The notes under the pieces: generated by a model
What the model saw: only the letters and a program-made list of their open reading frames with translations
What the model was told of the DNA's origin: nothing
Databases searched by the model: none
Position numbers and translations under genes: made by a program
Assembly: GCA_030324005.1 (NCBI GenBank)
Contig: JARDVH010000149.1
Location: forward strand, 7,186,361 to 7,250,360
Length of the DNA: 64,000 nt
Source of the DNA: Negaprion brevirostris
Taxonomy: Eukaryota
Direction of reading: 5' to 3'
Shown here: piece after piece, positions 26,505 through 39,756 of the stretch
Layout: every line of letters begins with the position of its first letter
Numbering within the stretch: the first letter of the stretch is position 1

Positions 26505-26763
26505 TACGGTGGCACAATGATTAGCATTTCTGCTTCGCAGCGCCAGGGACCCGATTCCCAGTTTGGGTTCACTGTCTGTGTGGAGTTTGCACATTCTCCC
26601 CGTGTCTGCATGGGTTTCCTCCAGTTTCCTCCCACAGTCTGAAAGACGTGCTGGTTAGGTGCATTGACCCGAACAGGTGCCAGAGTGTGGAGACTAGGGG
26701 AATTTCATAGTAACTTCATTGCAATGTTAATGTAAACCTTACTTGTGACTAATAAATAAACTT
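26505..26763 (+). mobile_element. V-SINE, tail B
   Basis: acggtggcacaatgattagca..V-domain..taacttcattgcaatgttaatgtaaaccttacttgtgactaataaataaac. Confidence 0.9.
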
Positions 26764-27280
26764 TTAGTTACTTTAACTTTTTTATTGCACTGCATGCAGT
26801 ATCACTATCACCACTTGTATCAAAGTTTCTATTAGGCTGCACAGATTTACCTACTTTATTACCCAAATAGTCAGGGTGGGTGCTCCTATGGGGGGGGTCA
26901 GGTGGATGGAGCCAAGTTGGCTGAACTGGGTTGAGTGGGGTCAAAGGTCCACTCGGAGTATGTCCAATGTCAGATGCAGAAAGCAGATAACTACTGAACA
27001 CACCATGGCACCAAGGCAGCACCTCCGTGAAACAGCCAGTAAGTTCTTTCACTCGTTTAATAGGGCCCACTTACAGAAGGCCCGCTTACAGAAAAAAGCT
27101 CCGAATTCTGGAGTCTGCCAGTTATTGCTTTGCTGGGTTTGAGATCCTGTGCTCTGATACAGCCAATCAGAACATGGTTAAGAAGGTGGACAATGAAACC
27201 AATCTGCATTTCAGAATTGAAGCAGCGAAGGCTACGAGGGAACCTGACAGAGAGGGATAAAATTATGAGGGGTGTAGATG

Positions 27281-27577
27281 GTTTGATTTAATTTATTATT
27301 GTCACGTGTAGTAACAGACAGTGAAAAGTATTGTTTCTTGCACATTATACAGACAAAACATACTGTTCCTAGAGAAGGAAAGGAGAGAGTGCAGAATGTA
27401 GTGTTACAGTCATAGCTAGGGTGTAGAGAAAGATCAACTTANNNNNNNNNNNNNNNNNNNNNNNNNNNNNNNNNNNNNNNNNNNNNNNNNNNNNNNNNNN
27501 NNNNNNNNNNNNNNNNNNNNNNNNNNNNNNNNNNNNNNNNNTGGTTTGTAGGATGGATTGGGATACATTCATGACCT
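27281..27577 (-). mobile_element. Rex1/Babar-type LINE 3' fragment (contains a gap)
   Basis: Same 3' end as the copies at 6077 and 47499. Confidence 0.8.
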
Positions 27578-27772
27578 GACTTGAGAACAGATGACTGGAG
27601 ATGCTAGGAGGGTTTGTTAGCTCAGATATAGGAGGACAAATGTGTTGGTTTTTCTCTCTTTTTGATCTTGTCACCCCTTCACTGCTTCCCTTTCTGATCA
27701 GAAACTTGCCATATTTATTTTTGAGTTCAGGGGACTGAGGTTGTGGATAGAGTGATGAGAGGTTGTGGGTTT

Positions 27773-28060
27773 GTTTATTATTTATTAGTGTCACACTTGC
27801 ACTACTCTGCAATGAAGTTACTGTGAAAATCCCCTAGTTGTCACATTCCAGCACCTTTCAGGTATACTAAAGGTGAATTTAGCATGGCCAATGCACCTAA
27901 CCAGCACGTCTTTCGGACCGTGAGATAAACCTGGATCGCCTGGAGGAAACCCACGCAGACAGTGGGAGAATGTGCAAACTCCAAACAAGCAGTGACTGAA
28001 GCCCAGAATCAAACCCAGCCCATGACGCCATGAGGCAGCATTGCTAACCATTGTGCCATC
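27773..28060 (-). mobile_element. V-SINE, tail B
   Basis: tttattagtgtcac..gcaatgaagttactgtgaaaatcccctag..gctaaccattgtgcca. Confidence 0.85.
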
Positions 28061-28349
28061 AACTGCATAAATCCACATTGTTATCTTTATCTGTTGTTAG
28101 TATAGCATCATCCATTAATTTTAAATCCAGTTTGTAGCAGACTCTTGTAAATTTATATTGTATTTAAAGCTGTGAGAGTTTTGGCCTGCCCCATGCTGTG
28201 TCATGATGTAAACTTGAAAAGTATTCAGTAAGAACTCAACATTTTTATGGCTTTGTATTGAGGTTCAATTAAAAATAGGTCCATTTATTTTCTCTTGAAA
28301 AATTACCAAACGTATTCAAAGATTCTTAGCTGGAGGTTTCTGTAATTAC

Positions 28350-28862
28350 TCATGATATTACTACACCATACTATGTAAGGTTTTGAACCTCTAGCCTAAA
28401 GAAGAATATACTTGCCATAGAGGAGTGCAGTGGAAGTTCACCAGACAAATTCCTGGGATTTTTCTGAGTGATGGATTTGAGACCGGGCCTGTATTCTTGA
28501 ATTTAGAATGAGTTGTGGTCTCAAGGGGTTAGACAGGGTAGATGCAGAAAGGATGTCAGCTGGGTGGGAATGTTGATCTAGAGCCAGGGGACACTCTCTC
28601 CTTATGAGGAGGGTGGGGGGCATTTTAGGACTAGGAGGAGGAGAAATTTCTGCACTTGAGTGCAGAATCTTCGGAATTCTCTACTCCAGAGGGCTGAGGA
28701 GGATCAGTCATTGACTATGCTCAAGACAGAGAACAATTAGATTTCTATATCTCCAGTGACATCAAGAAACATGGGATAATGTGGGAAAATGACATTGAAG
28801 AGGATGATCAGTTGAATAGCAGAGCAGGCTNNNNNNNNNNNNNNNNNNNNCTCCTCTGTTGC
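28350..28862 (+). mobile_element. Degenerate CR1 3' fragment
   Basis: atatacttgccatagaggagtgcagtggaagttcaccagac; gaatcttcggaattctctactccagagggctg; gttgaatagcagagcaggct. Confidence 0.75.
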
Positions 28863-28865
28863 TAT

Positions 28866-29130
28866 TGGGGTGACACAATGGTTAGCACTGCTGCCTCGGA
28901 CCTGGGTTCAGTTCCTGACTTGGGTCACTGTCTGTGCAGAGTCTGCATGTTCTCTGGGTGCTCCGGTTTGCTCCCACAGTCTGAAAGAAGTGCTGATTAG
29001 GTGCATTGGCTATGCTCAATTCTCCCTCCAATGTACCCAAACAGGCATAGAGTGTGGCGACTAGGGGATTTTTACATTAACTTAATTGAAGTGTTACTGT
29101 AGGCTTACATGTGACACAAATAAATTTTAA
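28866..29130 (+). mobile_element. V-SINE, tail B
   Basis: ggtgacacaatggttagcactgctgcctc..gtgtggcgactaggggatt..gtgacacaaataaat. Confidence 0.85.
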
Positions 29131-29169
29131 AAAACTGAAATTAGTCCTGCACCTTAAATCAGTTGATAT

Positions 29170-29330
29170 AAAAACATAGAAAATGGGTGCAGGAGAAGGC
29201 CCTTCAAACCTGCACCACCATTCAATATGATCATGGCTGATCATACACTCTCAGTATTCCACTCCTACTTTCTCTCCATATCCCTTGATCCATTTAGCTG
29301 CAATGGCCACATTCAACTCCCTCATGATAC
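29170..29330 (-). mobile_element. CR1 3'UTR fragment
   Basis: catagaaaatgggtgcaggag..ccattcaatatgatcatggctgatc. Confidence 0.7.
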
Positions 29331-29839
29331 GATTTTAACTGCTTGGCAATGCTGGGTTGAACTGTGCACATCATTTTTTGGGCCTTGATGTTCTGAATAA
29401 AATTTATAGAATATTTAAGCCTTCAGATATTTAGGTAGGCCAACCTTCTGGGTCAGGTTTCAGCTGTTGAGTGGGACTTGCAGAGAAGTATGTCCCTATA
29501 ATGACAGGGAGGGACAATTGCTATTGTACTCTAGACTACACATTTACACTGCTTTTCAACCCTATATTATTAGAATTTGTCCCAATCTTTTTTAAGGTAT
29601 GGATAACCTCCAGTATTCAATGAGCTGTCTTTAGTTTTCAAGTTTCTCACCAGTNNNNNNNNNNGGGATTTCTGTGTGAACTTGAAATAAATTCTTTGAA
29701 ATCTTCTATATATGTGTAGTGCTGAAGAAACCTTTTTTTTGCTGTAGCCACAATTTCTGTGCCTGGCCATAACTACTTGCATTCTGCATTTCAAGCAGAT
29801 GGGTATCTTCGTTGTCCCTTTTATTAGCTGTAATAAGAT

Positions 29840-30190
29840 CATAAGAAATATGGAATTATACAGTGTAGGAGGCAATCCATCCCAGGTGCCTGTGCTGCCT
29901 CTTTCAAAGAGTTATTGCATTAGTTACGCTCCATTGCTCTTCCTCAGGGCCCTGCAGCTTTTACCTTTTCAAGTATGTATGTATCCAATTCCTTTTGAAA
30001 GTAGCCATTCAACCTGCTTCTATCATCCTTTCAGGCAATACACTCTAGGTCATGATTTGCTGCATTATAAAAAGTCTCTGTCTCCCCTTTGATTCTTTTA
30101 TTAGTTACTTTAAACCTGTTTCCTTTGATGACAACCTCTTCAGTTTTGAATACCTCCATTAAAACTCCTCTTGCAGGTCTTTTTTCTGTA
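29840..30190 (-). mobile_element. Degenerate CR1 3' fragment
   Basis: EKRPARGVLMEVFKT..GNRFKVTNKRIKGE. Confidence 0.65.
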
Positions 30191-30607
30191 AGTCGTTTAA
30201 TTTTGTTCATTAGTTTGTGCATTCTCTCCCTCCGCTCTGTTGTGTTAACCCGTTTCTTGCATTTCACATCAAACAAATGTCCTGGACTAGCAATTCAATA
30301 AATTTGGTAACTGGAGCTGATATGCTTCCATAAGCCCCACCCAGACCCAGTCCACCACAATCGTTCAATCAGTGTTTTGGATAGAATATACAACAAAATG
30401 GATTTTAAAAATCAATTGTAGAGAATGAAAGTGAATACAAAGCCAAATGAAACTTTATCTCTGAACGAGGGAGTAGTATTGTTACTACATGGGGCGTTGA
30501 GAGAGCAGTGCAGAGAAACCCTTGCCATATCTACAATCTCCAAAATTCATACAAGAATAAATTAAGTGTCATGGATGGCCATTGAACATAGTTTGGTTAC
30601 CTTAAAC

Positions 30608-30706
30608 CAAAAAAAGAAAATACTGGAAAATCTCAGTCGGTCTGGCAGCATCTGTAAGGAGAGAAAAGAGCTGATGTTTTGAGTTCAGATGATACTTTGT
30701 CAAAAG
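30608..30706 (-). mobile_element. Penelope-like terminal repeat fragment
   Basis: gaaaatactggaaaatctcagtcggtctggcagcatctgtaaggagag; homologous to the 12570 element. Confidence 0.65.
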
Positions 30707-31164
30707 TTGGTTACCCTAAAATTTGGAATAGGGTTTATTTTTCCAGCAATGTGAAAGGCGTGGGGAAACCCTGCCTGAAAATATTGGTGTCTACTAACCA
30801 GAACTTCAAATATTGAAAGAATACTGGATATCTTTGAGCATTGATCTTGGTGCACCTTAATGGTGACAATTAATTCTGCAGATGGAAACAGAGTTTCTGT
30901 GGTTGTTTGAAATAAGCTGTTGTAGTGGTTTGGTTTTGCAGTGCCAAAACCTGGGCATTGTTAAAGCTTTTCATCTGGCAATCGCCAGTATAGGTACAAA
31001 AATTCCAAAGTGAGCAACAAATTGTACTGTGAGGAAAGAGGTGTTGGCTGATCTGTAAGTTGGCTCTGGTTAAAATGTTGCCGTGTTTAAAGCACCAGGG
31101 AGCTGTTGTTTCTGTCCATGCCTCCATGTTTTTGTTTATTGAATAAAGATGCAAAGTCTAGATA

Positions 31165-31990
31165 TATTTCTTTTGCCTGCATGTGAATATACGTATCTGC
31201 AAGCAAAATTGCGAGCTTAACTGATCTTAAATTGATTGTTAGTGTGATTCTTAGCACAGTTGGGTTGTTTGGCAAATGCTGTCCAATTACGTAATGACAT
31301 CTAATGTTGGACATTATGTTCTGAGTTATGCATGCATGAATTTTATTCTGCCTACTGAACAGCTGAAGTCATGTGCTATGATCCGCACCAACAATTGGTA
31401 TGTATGGCCTACATACCTGGCAGCGAACCAGCTGTTGCTCAAATTATTGGCAATTTCGTATATATGGTGTGAGCCATTTACTCTGTGAAAGCTTGATCTG
31501 AAATAGAATGCAACAGGTATCCTGTGTGATAATGGCTACCCAAAGCAGTTCATTGCTCGCTGTGTAAAGCACATACACTACTTTTGGACCTGCAAATTGC
31601 TGTATCTCAAATTACCTTGGAAGGATAAAGTGTCTCAAGTTGAGTCAAAAAGATGTCTGTCTACCACACAACTAAGTAACATGCTATATGAATTTTGGTA
31701 CTGATGTGATGTGGGAGTGTAGGATACGCTTCACTGAGTGATAGTAAATCTCTTTGACTGTTCACAATAGGCAAGACAATCCATGCTTAGAAACTCTGGC
31801 CATAATGTCTAATGTTAGATGTGATTCCGCGATTTAAGCAGCATTTTCTGAACAATCCCAAGAGTACTAATTACACTAACAACCAATTTAAGATCATCAG
31901 CCGGGCTTGCTGCATTGCTTATTATGTTTGCTTGAGGCTACATATATACATATATTCTAAAGACAAAACTTGCGTGCTTCACCCAGCCTC
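31165..31990. mobile_element. Penelope-like GIY-YIG relic: + strand body (~31465-31990) and an inverted partial copy (~31165-31420)
   Basis: + strand: ILCDNGYPKQFIARC, YLKLPWKDKVSQ, QHFLNNPKSTNYTNNQFKIISRA, LEATYIH. - strand: SNIRCHYVIGQHLPNNP..ADTYIHMQ. Confidence 0.7.
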
Positions 31991-32689
31991 ATTTTACTTC
32001 TAGATGTTCTGAGCCAGTATCCTGTCTCACAGTTGCATTGATGTCATCATTTACTAACAATGCCATCACTGACTTCATTTTCTTTTTTACCTTTTCTTCC
32101 TAATTTCTAGTTTGACCCTGCAGTCATGTCTCCATAATAGCCAATTATGTTGTACCCATTTACAACTAATTGCTTTGTTAATTTGTCTCCTTATTGTGAA
32201 TGCTCTGTTCTTTCAAATACATTACCTTTTATATTTGTTCTTTTAACATTATTGCACATCTTATTTTGTATTATGGCCCTGTTTGCTTCTCATTCTTGTT
32301 TCCTCTCCCTTGCACCTGTGTCTTTGTTTCCCCGCTCAGGTTTCTATCTCCGGCCACTCTAGTTTAGACCCTCCCCATAGTAATAGCTACTGTCCCTGCA
32401 AGGATATTGGTCCCTGAACAGCTTGTACAAGTCCCATCTTCCCCAGACCTGGTTTCAATGCCTCCAGAACTTAAATCCCTCCTAACCTCCCTTATCCAAG
32501 AGGTTGCTCTACTAGAAGTCTGTGACAGAAGGGTCTTGGTTAATACTAATACAAGATAGCGGCCCAAAAAATGCACATGAATTACTTAATGCACTGAGTT
32601 GGCTTGAAATAAGAATTATTTTTATCAATGCTGGTTGTTGACTCAAACCAGGAACTGAGCATATGTTCTGGACCAATGCTGCCATGACC

Positions 32690-33180
32690 CAGTGATAGTG
32701 AAGGAACGATGATATAGTTCCAAGTCGGAATAGTGAGAGCGGAGAAAGTGAATGTGAAAGGTGGTGGTTGGGCTGCCACTCAAGCTTGTGTGGTGTTGGA
32801 ACTGCATGCTCTCAAGCAAGTGGAGAGTATTCCAGTTGACTTGTAACTTGTGTCTTGTAAATAGTGAACAGGCTTTGGTGAGGCAGGAGGTGAGTTACGC
32901 TACACAGAATTTTCCGTCTTTGCTTTGTGGCCACAGAATTTATATGTCTGATCAAGATCGATGGTGGGAGATTTGGTGGTGATACCATTGAATGTCATGG
33001 CGAGACACTCGCTGCCTTGCACTGTGTGGTGTGAATATCATTTGCCACAGCACTGTGGGTGTTTCTACACCAGATAAATTACAATGGTTCAAGAAGGCAG
33101 CTCTCCATCTTCCAAGGGCAATTTGGATTTAGGCAGTAAATGCTGGTCTAGCCACATCCCACGACTGACTAAAGAAAAAA
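32690..33180. mobile_element. CR1-like LINE fragments in inverted arrangement (32690-33045 minus; 33048-33180 plus)
   Basis: Homologous to 8690-10270 (gtgaaggaacg..gatatagttccaagtc; caagcaagtggagagtattcc; cagcactgtgggtgt..ggttcaagaaggcagct). Confidence 0.6.
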
Positions 33181-33729
33181 GTGAGTCAAATTGACAGGAA
33201 GAAGTCGAGATGGTTCATCCACCTGACGCTCTTGGCTAAAGGTGGTTGTAAGTGACCCCTCCAACACTGAGGGGAGTGTGCATTGTGCATTATTTCAGGT
33301 TCCTGTTTTATGTATATATAAAAACCCTATGGCATTGTCCTGACCAAAACAGCCCTTTTTACCAGTTTCAAGAAAATCATTCATCTTGATGCTTTTTGTT
33401 GGATCTTGATGTGTACAAAATGGGTGTGAAATGATGGCAACTGATTACATTATGAAATATTGACTGAGGAACTGTATAAATGCAACTTTGCCCCAATGTA
33501 CAGGACTTTAAGGAAACCAGAGGTGATGTGAGAATTATGTTTTTATAAACTTCCACTTTCTACAAGGGATTTTTTTTCACCTTTCTCTCTGTGGATGTTT
33601 TTGCATATCTGATTATCATTGTTATATCCCTTTTTATGATGTGGGTCACTTTTTTACAGTTTCAGACTCAACTAGCCATTGTTTATTCTAAATTTATCAA
33701 ATTGCCAAAGAATTTTTAATGTCTTTTTA

Positions 33730-34025
33730 AAGTTAATTTATTATTGTCGCAAGTAGGCTTGCATCTACACTGCAATGAAGTTACTGTGAAAATCTCCAAG
33801 TCACCACACTCTGGTGCCTATTCAAGTACACTGAAGGAGAATTTAGTGCAGCCAATCCACCTAACCAGCAAGTCTTTCAGACTGGGAGGAAACCGGAGCA
33901 CCCAGAGAAAGTCCATACAGATACTTGGAGAATGTGCAAACTTCGCACAGACAATAACCCAAGGCTGGAATTGAACCCAAGTCTCTGACACTGTGAGGCA
34001 TCAGTGTTAACCACTGTGCTGCCCT
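33730..34025 (-). mobile_element. V-SINE, tail B
   Basis: caagtaggcttgcat..cactgcaatgaagttactgtgaaaat..gtgttaaccactgtgctgccc. Confidence 0.85.
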
Positions 34026-35204
34026 TTGAACTGGCAAATAAATGATAATTGGAATAAAATGAATTAAAAGGCAGCAATNNNNNNNNNNNNNNNNNNNNNN
34101 NNNNNNNNNNNNNNNNNNNNNNNNNNNNNNNNNNNNNNNNNNNNNNNNNNNNNNNNNNNNNNNNNNNNNNNNNNNNNNNNNNNNNNNNNNNNNNNNNNNN
34201 NNNNNNNNNNNNNNNNNNNNNNNNNNNNNNNNNNNNNNNNNNNNNNNNNNNNNNNNNNNNNNNNNNNNNNNNNNNNNNNNNNNNNNNNNNNNNNNNNNNN
34301 NNNNNNNNNNNNNNNNNNNNNNNNNNNNNNNNNNNNNNNNNNNNNNNNNNNNNNNNNNNNNNNNNNNNNNNNNNNNNNNNNNNNNNNNNNNNNNNNNNNN
34401 NNNNNNNNNNNNNNNNNNNNNNNNNNNNNNNNNNNNNNNNNNNNNNNNNNNNNNNNNNNNNNNNNNNNNNNNNNNNNNNNNNNNNNNNNNNNNNNNNNNN
34501 NNNNNNNNNNNNNNNNNNNNNNNNNNNNNNNNNNNNNNNNNNNNNNNNNNNNNNNNNNNNNNNNNNNNNNNNNNNNNNNNNNNNNNNNNNNNNNNNNNNN
34601 NNNNNNNNNNNNNNNNNNNNNNNNNNNNNNNNNNNNNNNNNNNNNNNNNNNNNNNNNNNNNNNNNNNNNNNNNNNNNGTAAAATACAAGGCTCTTCTTGG
34701 GAGTGAAAATACATTTTGAAATATAGACTGGATCATAATAAAGCCTATAATTTTTCAGTGCTTTATCATGTAGTTTTCCTTTTTTGACGTAAACTAGCAG
34801 CTGAAAGCAGTAAAGTTTAGCATTCTTAGAGAATGAACAGCTCTGCGCATTTGGTGGTTTGATCAGTTTATTATGAACTTACTGACTGAAAACTTGTATT
34901 CTTTGTCCATCAAGCATAGTATTGTTCATTCTGAAAAGTTTCAAGTACCCACATCGAGCACAATGAAAAGCAATTCTGCACTGCCCCACCCCAGTAATGA
35001 GTCTTGAACCCCAGCCTCGGCAGAAAGCTCTTCCTACACCTTTTATTTCTCACAACACTTGACCATGACCATAACAAACTCAGAATTGGCAATTCTATAC
35101 TGTTGATTTGTGACCACTGGACATTGCATTGAGAGCTTTAATTGACAGAACTGTGCAGCAGTATAAAGGGAATTCCCACCTCATTGGTCAAGATTGGATT
35201 GTAA

Positions 35205-35568
35205 TTTTTAATTCATTTGCAGAATGTGGGCATTGCTGGCAGCATTTGCATTTATTGCCCACCCTGATGTAGTTGAGTTGCTTGCTAGCAATTTCAGGGG
35301 GCAGTTAAGAATCTACTACATCTTCGTGGGTCTGGAGTCGCACTTGAGCCAGGTTGGGTAAGGATGATTGAGTGAACCACATGTTTTTTTTAATAAACAG
35401 TCTGGTAGTTTCATGGTCACCCTTAATTCAATTTTTTATTCCAGAGTTATATTGGTTAAATTTAAATTCTTCTGCTCCTGTGGCAGGATTAAAACTCATC
35501 TCTCTAGATTATTAGCCAAAGCTTCTTGGATTATTAGTCCAGCAACGTAACCACTATGCCACTATACT
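35205..35568 (-). mobile_element. tRNA-headed SINE (family 4)
   Basis: gaatgtgggcattgctgg..gggtctggagtcgcac..ggattattagtccagcaacgtaaccactatgccact. Confidence 0.75.
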
Positions 35569-35789
35569 CTTTGTCTGGTCTTTAACACTGAATACTATTG
35601 ATGTCTGATTGCCCACTGCCAATGGCATACACTAGAATAGCAACCTCTAGAAATCTGCCAACAATGCAGAATTGCAATTTTTCGGATTTCTTGGGATGTT
35701 GCCAGCTCCGCCATCCTCTTTTTATTAGGAAGAATTTTGTTCTAGAGCAGAGGTATTAATAAATGATGTCTTTCTCCATTAATAGGTGG

Positions 35790-36065
35790 GTCAGAATTAC
35801 ACAAGATTTTGGTAAAGTAACCTGAGAGAAACTCCTCCAGCAAGTAGGTCAGTAACTAAAAGATCGCAGATATATGAAGTATTTGGACAGGAACTCGAAG
35901 GGGAAATGAGAAATTTCTTTTGTCAGTGGGATATTAAATTATGGAACTCACTACCTGAAAGGATGGTGGAATCAGGTTCCAAAGAGAGGACAATTGGGTC
36001 TGTTCTTTCAAAAAAAACTCTTTCAAATGGCTGCCTCTCTTGCTGTAAGGTTCTGTGATTCTACA
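35790..36065 (+). mobile_element. Degenerate CR1 3' fragment
   Basis: ggggaaatgagaaatttc..tggaactcactacctgaaaggatggtggaa; tail caaatggc..gctgtaaggttctgtgattct. Confidence 0.6.
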
Positions 36066-36116
36066 CTTAGGTTTTAGTTTTGAGTAGATTCCTCCTATTG
36101 TACCAAAGGTTTTTGG

Positions 36117-37750
36117 TCACAGAAATGTTATGGCACAGGAGGAGGCTATCTGGCTCACCATATCTGCACCTGTTCTGAGCGAGTCATTTAGTTCTAGTCT
36201 CCCCATAACCCTACACATCCTTTTTAAAATAACAGCTGAATTCCCTTTTGAATGCTTCAGTTGAACCTGCTTCCATCACACACTCAAGCAGAGCATCCAG
36301 ACTCTAACCACTCATTGCTTGAAAAAATCTTTCCTTGAATCACTATTGCTTCTTTAGAAACCTATGCCCTCTTGTTCTTGATCCTTTCACGAGGGGTAAC
36401 AGTTTCTCCATATCTACTCTGACCAGACACCTGGTGATTTTGAATACCTTTATCAACTCTCCTTCCAACCTTCTTTTCTCTAAGGAAAGCAGTCCTAACT
36501 TCTCCAATCTGTCTTCACAATTGAAATTCTTCATCCCTGGAACCGTTCTTGTGAATCTTTCCCCTGTGCTTTCATGTTCTTACTAAATTGTGGAATCCAG
36601 ACTTGGCACAGTACTCCAACTGACACTGAAACAATGACTTACATAAGCTCAACATAACCTCCTTGTTCTTGTACTTCTCTATTAATAAAGCCCAACATAT
36701 TGCATGCTTAGCAAATGCTCTCACTTGTCCTGCTGCCTTCAGTGACTTATGCAGGTATATGCTCAGGCCCCTCTGCTTCTGCACACAAGAGTTGTACTCC
36801 CATTTTCCACTGCTCCCCTCATGATGTTCCTACCAAAATGAATCACTTCTCATTTCTCCATATTGAGCCTCATCTGCCACCTGTCTGCCCAATCTGTTAG
36901 CTTGTCTGTGTCCTTTTGAAGTTTCACACCATCCTCCTCACAGTTCAGTGCTTCTGAATTTTGTATCATCCACGAACTTTCAAATTGTACCCTGTCTACT
37001 AAAATCTTGGCCATTAATGTATTTGGGAAAAGCAAGCATCCTAACACCTAGACCCTGGGAATTCCACTACAAACCATCTATTAATCGCTGTTCTGGTCCT
37101 GCCACTCAGCCATTCTGTATCCAAATTGCAACTTTCCCTCTTACTGCATGAGGGTTTTCTTGGCAGTGTATCTGATGCCTTTTGGCGGTTTACATCTTTC
37201 ATGTAGACAGCATTGTCCTCAATGCCGTTTTCTCTTCAAAAAAATCTCCAAGTTAGTTAAATATGACTCTCCCTTAATAAGCCTATGCTAGCTTTCCTTA
37301 ATTAACCCACATTTGCCCATGTGACTATTAATTTTGTCCNNNNNNNNNNAAGCTAAACTGACTGGCCTGTAGTTGTTGGGCATATTCATTTTTGAACAAG
37401 GGTGTACTGTTTGCAATTCTCCAGACCTGTGGAACCACCCCTGAGTCCAATGAAGACTGAAATGTTATGGTCAGTACATCTGCAATGCCCACACTCAATT
37501 CCCATAGTATCCTTGGGTGCATCTCATCCAGTCTCAGTGCCTTACGAAGTTTAAGTACTGATAACACATCCAGTGCCACTACCTTTTCAATTTTAAACCT
37601 TGATAATATCTGAATTGCCTATTGTTCTGTGGCCTGGATAGCATAATCTTCCTTGGTAAAGAAGTATGCATAGTATTCATTTTAATACCTGTGTGCCCTC
37701 TGCCTCCATATGTAAATTCCCATTTTGACCCATCCTCATCTCCACTATTA
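36117..37750 (-). mobile_element. CR1 LINE ORF2 fragment (~1.6 kb, frameshifted)
   Basis: DEMHPRILWEL..FQSSLDSGVVPQVWRIANSTPLFK; KLQKDTDKLTDWADRWQMRLN; EDRLEKLGLLSLEKRRLEGELIKVFKI. Confidence 0.9.
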
Positions 37751-38167
37751 TAATGCTGGTTGTAGTTCTATTGTGAAGTTGTCAACTTTCTTCCCCACGT
37801 TAATGGAAGTTTGAAAATGGAAACAGATACAACCATGTATTACAAACCCTTTCATGTTCACCATTGATTCTTTCTACTCCTATTGCAGTAGGAGAGAGGA
37901 GACAAAAACTGACCCTACTGCATTGGCTATTTTGTTGGAATAGAGAATTTGGAGTGATTTAGTAGAGATTTTTAAATTTGAGGGAATGGATCAGACTCTT
38001 TGTTTCTAGATCTAGAGCAGGACAATGTAGATTAAGATCAAATGTCTGAGATTTAAGATCTGAAGCATGAGAAACTTTCCGTGGGCCATTGTTTTGATCA
38101 CAAGGGTTGAGAGGACAACAGGATTTGATAGAGTTTAGATCCGGGAAGCAGAACTTTGGATGACTTT

Positions 38168-38493
38168 GGGGTGGCATGGTGGCACAGCGAGTTAGCACTG
38201 CTGCCTCACGGCGCCAGGGACCCGGGTTAGATTCCTGGCTTGGTGACTGTGTGGAGTCTGCATGTTCTCCCCATGTCTGTGTGGGTTTCCTCAGGAGCTT
38301 TGGTTTCCCCTCTCAGTGCAAAGATGTGTGGGTTAGGTGGATTGGCCATGCTAAATTGCACCTCAGTTTTCACAGGGACTAGCGAGGGTAAATGCATGGG
38401 GTTATGGGGATAGGGCTTGCGTGGAATTGTGATCGGTGCAGACTTGATGGGCTGAACGGCCTCTTTCTGCATTGTAGGACTGATTCTATGATT
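38168..38493 (+). mobile_element. V-SINE, tail A, full length
   Basis: ggtggcacagcgagttagcactgctgcctcacggcgccagggacccgggttagattcc..gatgggctgaacggcctctttctgcattgtag. Confidence 0.9.
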
Positions 38494-39756
38494 TAAGTTA
38501 CTATTACAAGTAACACTTCGAAATTACTGACTGAAACAGACACTGAAACATTAGAGAATAGGCTAGTTGTATTATGGTGGGATGAGTAAATTAAACAGTG
38601 TGGTTGAAGGAGAGGGAATTAAAGCAATAAGAGAACAAGATGTTGGATGAGAGATTTTGGGTTAAACACTAATGTGGGCTGAATATTCTCTTTCCAGTTT
38701 AAATTACACTCAAATTCATTTGACAGTCAGTAAGATTATATCTAACTCTTTCAATGCCTGCAAAAAGTGGCATCTCCTGACCTCATGAAGCAACATTTGA
38801 TTAGAAGGAGCAGCCTACACTTGGGTACTGATAACTCCTGACCTGTTTGACAGAGTAAATAGTGAATAAACTGAGTTGCAAAATAATACTAAGATTTATA
38901 TTTCTACACTGAGGCAGTGGAACAGTGTTCTCTACATTATTCTATACTTGGGTCCTTTGGACATCTTCAGCTAAATTTCAATACAGCAAAAGACAGAAAA
39001 AGCTGGGAATACTTTCAGTGCTGAGCAGGTCAATCAAGTGATGTATTTTGTTTTTGAAAAACCAAAGCAATGAGTCACCGTTTCATGTTGAAATCCCTTG
39101 TGATCCTACTTGTGCTTTTGGGTTCCTGTTGGTGGAGAAAGAAACCTGACAGACATTGAAACATAAAGAATTAACTTAGCTTTCTCACTCACATCCATGT
39201 ATCAACATAATATTTATAGTTAGCTTGAACCTACTGTCGATTGTATCTAGTTTGTTTGCACCTCTTCTCCCTCAAATAATCTGGNNNNNNNNNNNNNNNN
39301 NNNNNNNNNNNNNNNNNNNNNNNNNNNNNNNNNNNNNNNNNNNNNNNNTGTCCATTGGTCCATTAAAAGAAAACTAATCTGCAGCATTACTGGAGGTTGC
39401 AGCACAGAAATTTTCACTCTCTCCTGTCAAACTGATAAATCCACTGTCAATTGAAGGCTTTCTAAAAAAAAGTTGAGATCTCAAATTTTAGGGTAGTGCT
39501 GTGAAAGGTACTTTATATATGTATAATGAAGAACACATGAACAATGGATTATGGAAAATCATTTAGTGAAATTAGGCTAGATAAATCTTAAGTGGTGGAG
39601 GTATGTATCTGCTGGCCTAAATTAAAAGCATTTTTTTGCCTGTCATTAATCAACTAATGTACTCCGAAGATTTTGAGACTGCAGTAAGGTGCAGAAAAGT
39701 GGGTGATTTTGCCAAGCCTGCTTCAAGAAATCTGTCTGATTTTCCTGTCTTAACTT

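Noticed and set aside
9382-34736. Long ORFs of 150-300 aa spanning N runs (9.4-10 kb, 21.7-22.7 kb, 33.9-34.7 kb)
   Set aside because: Length comes from X codons in gaps
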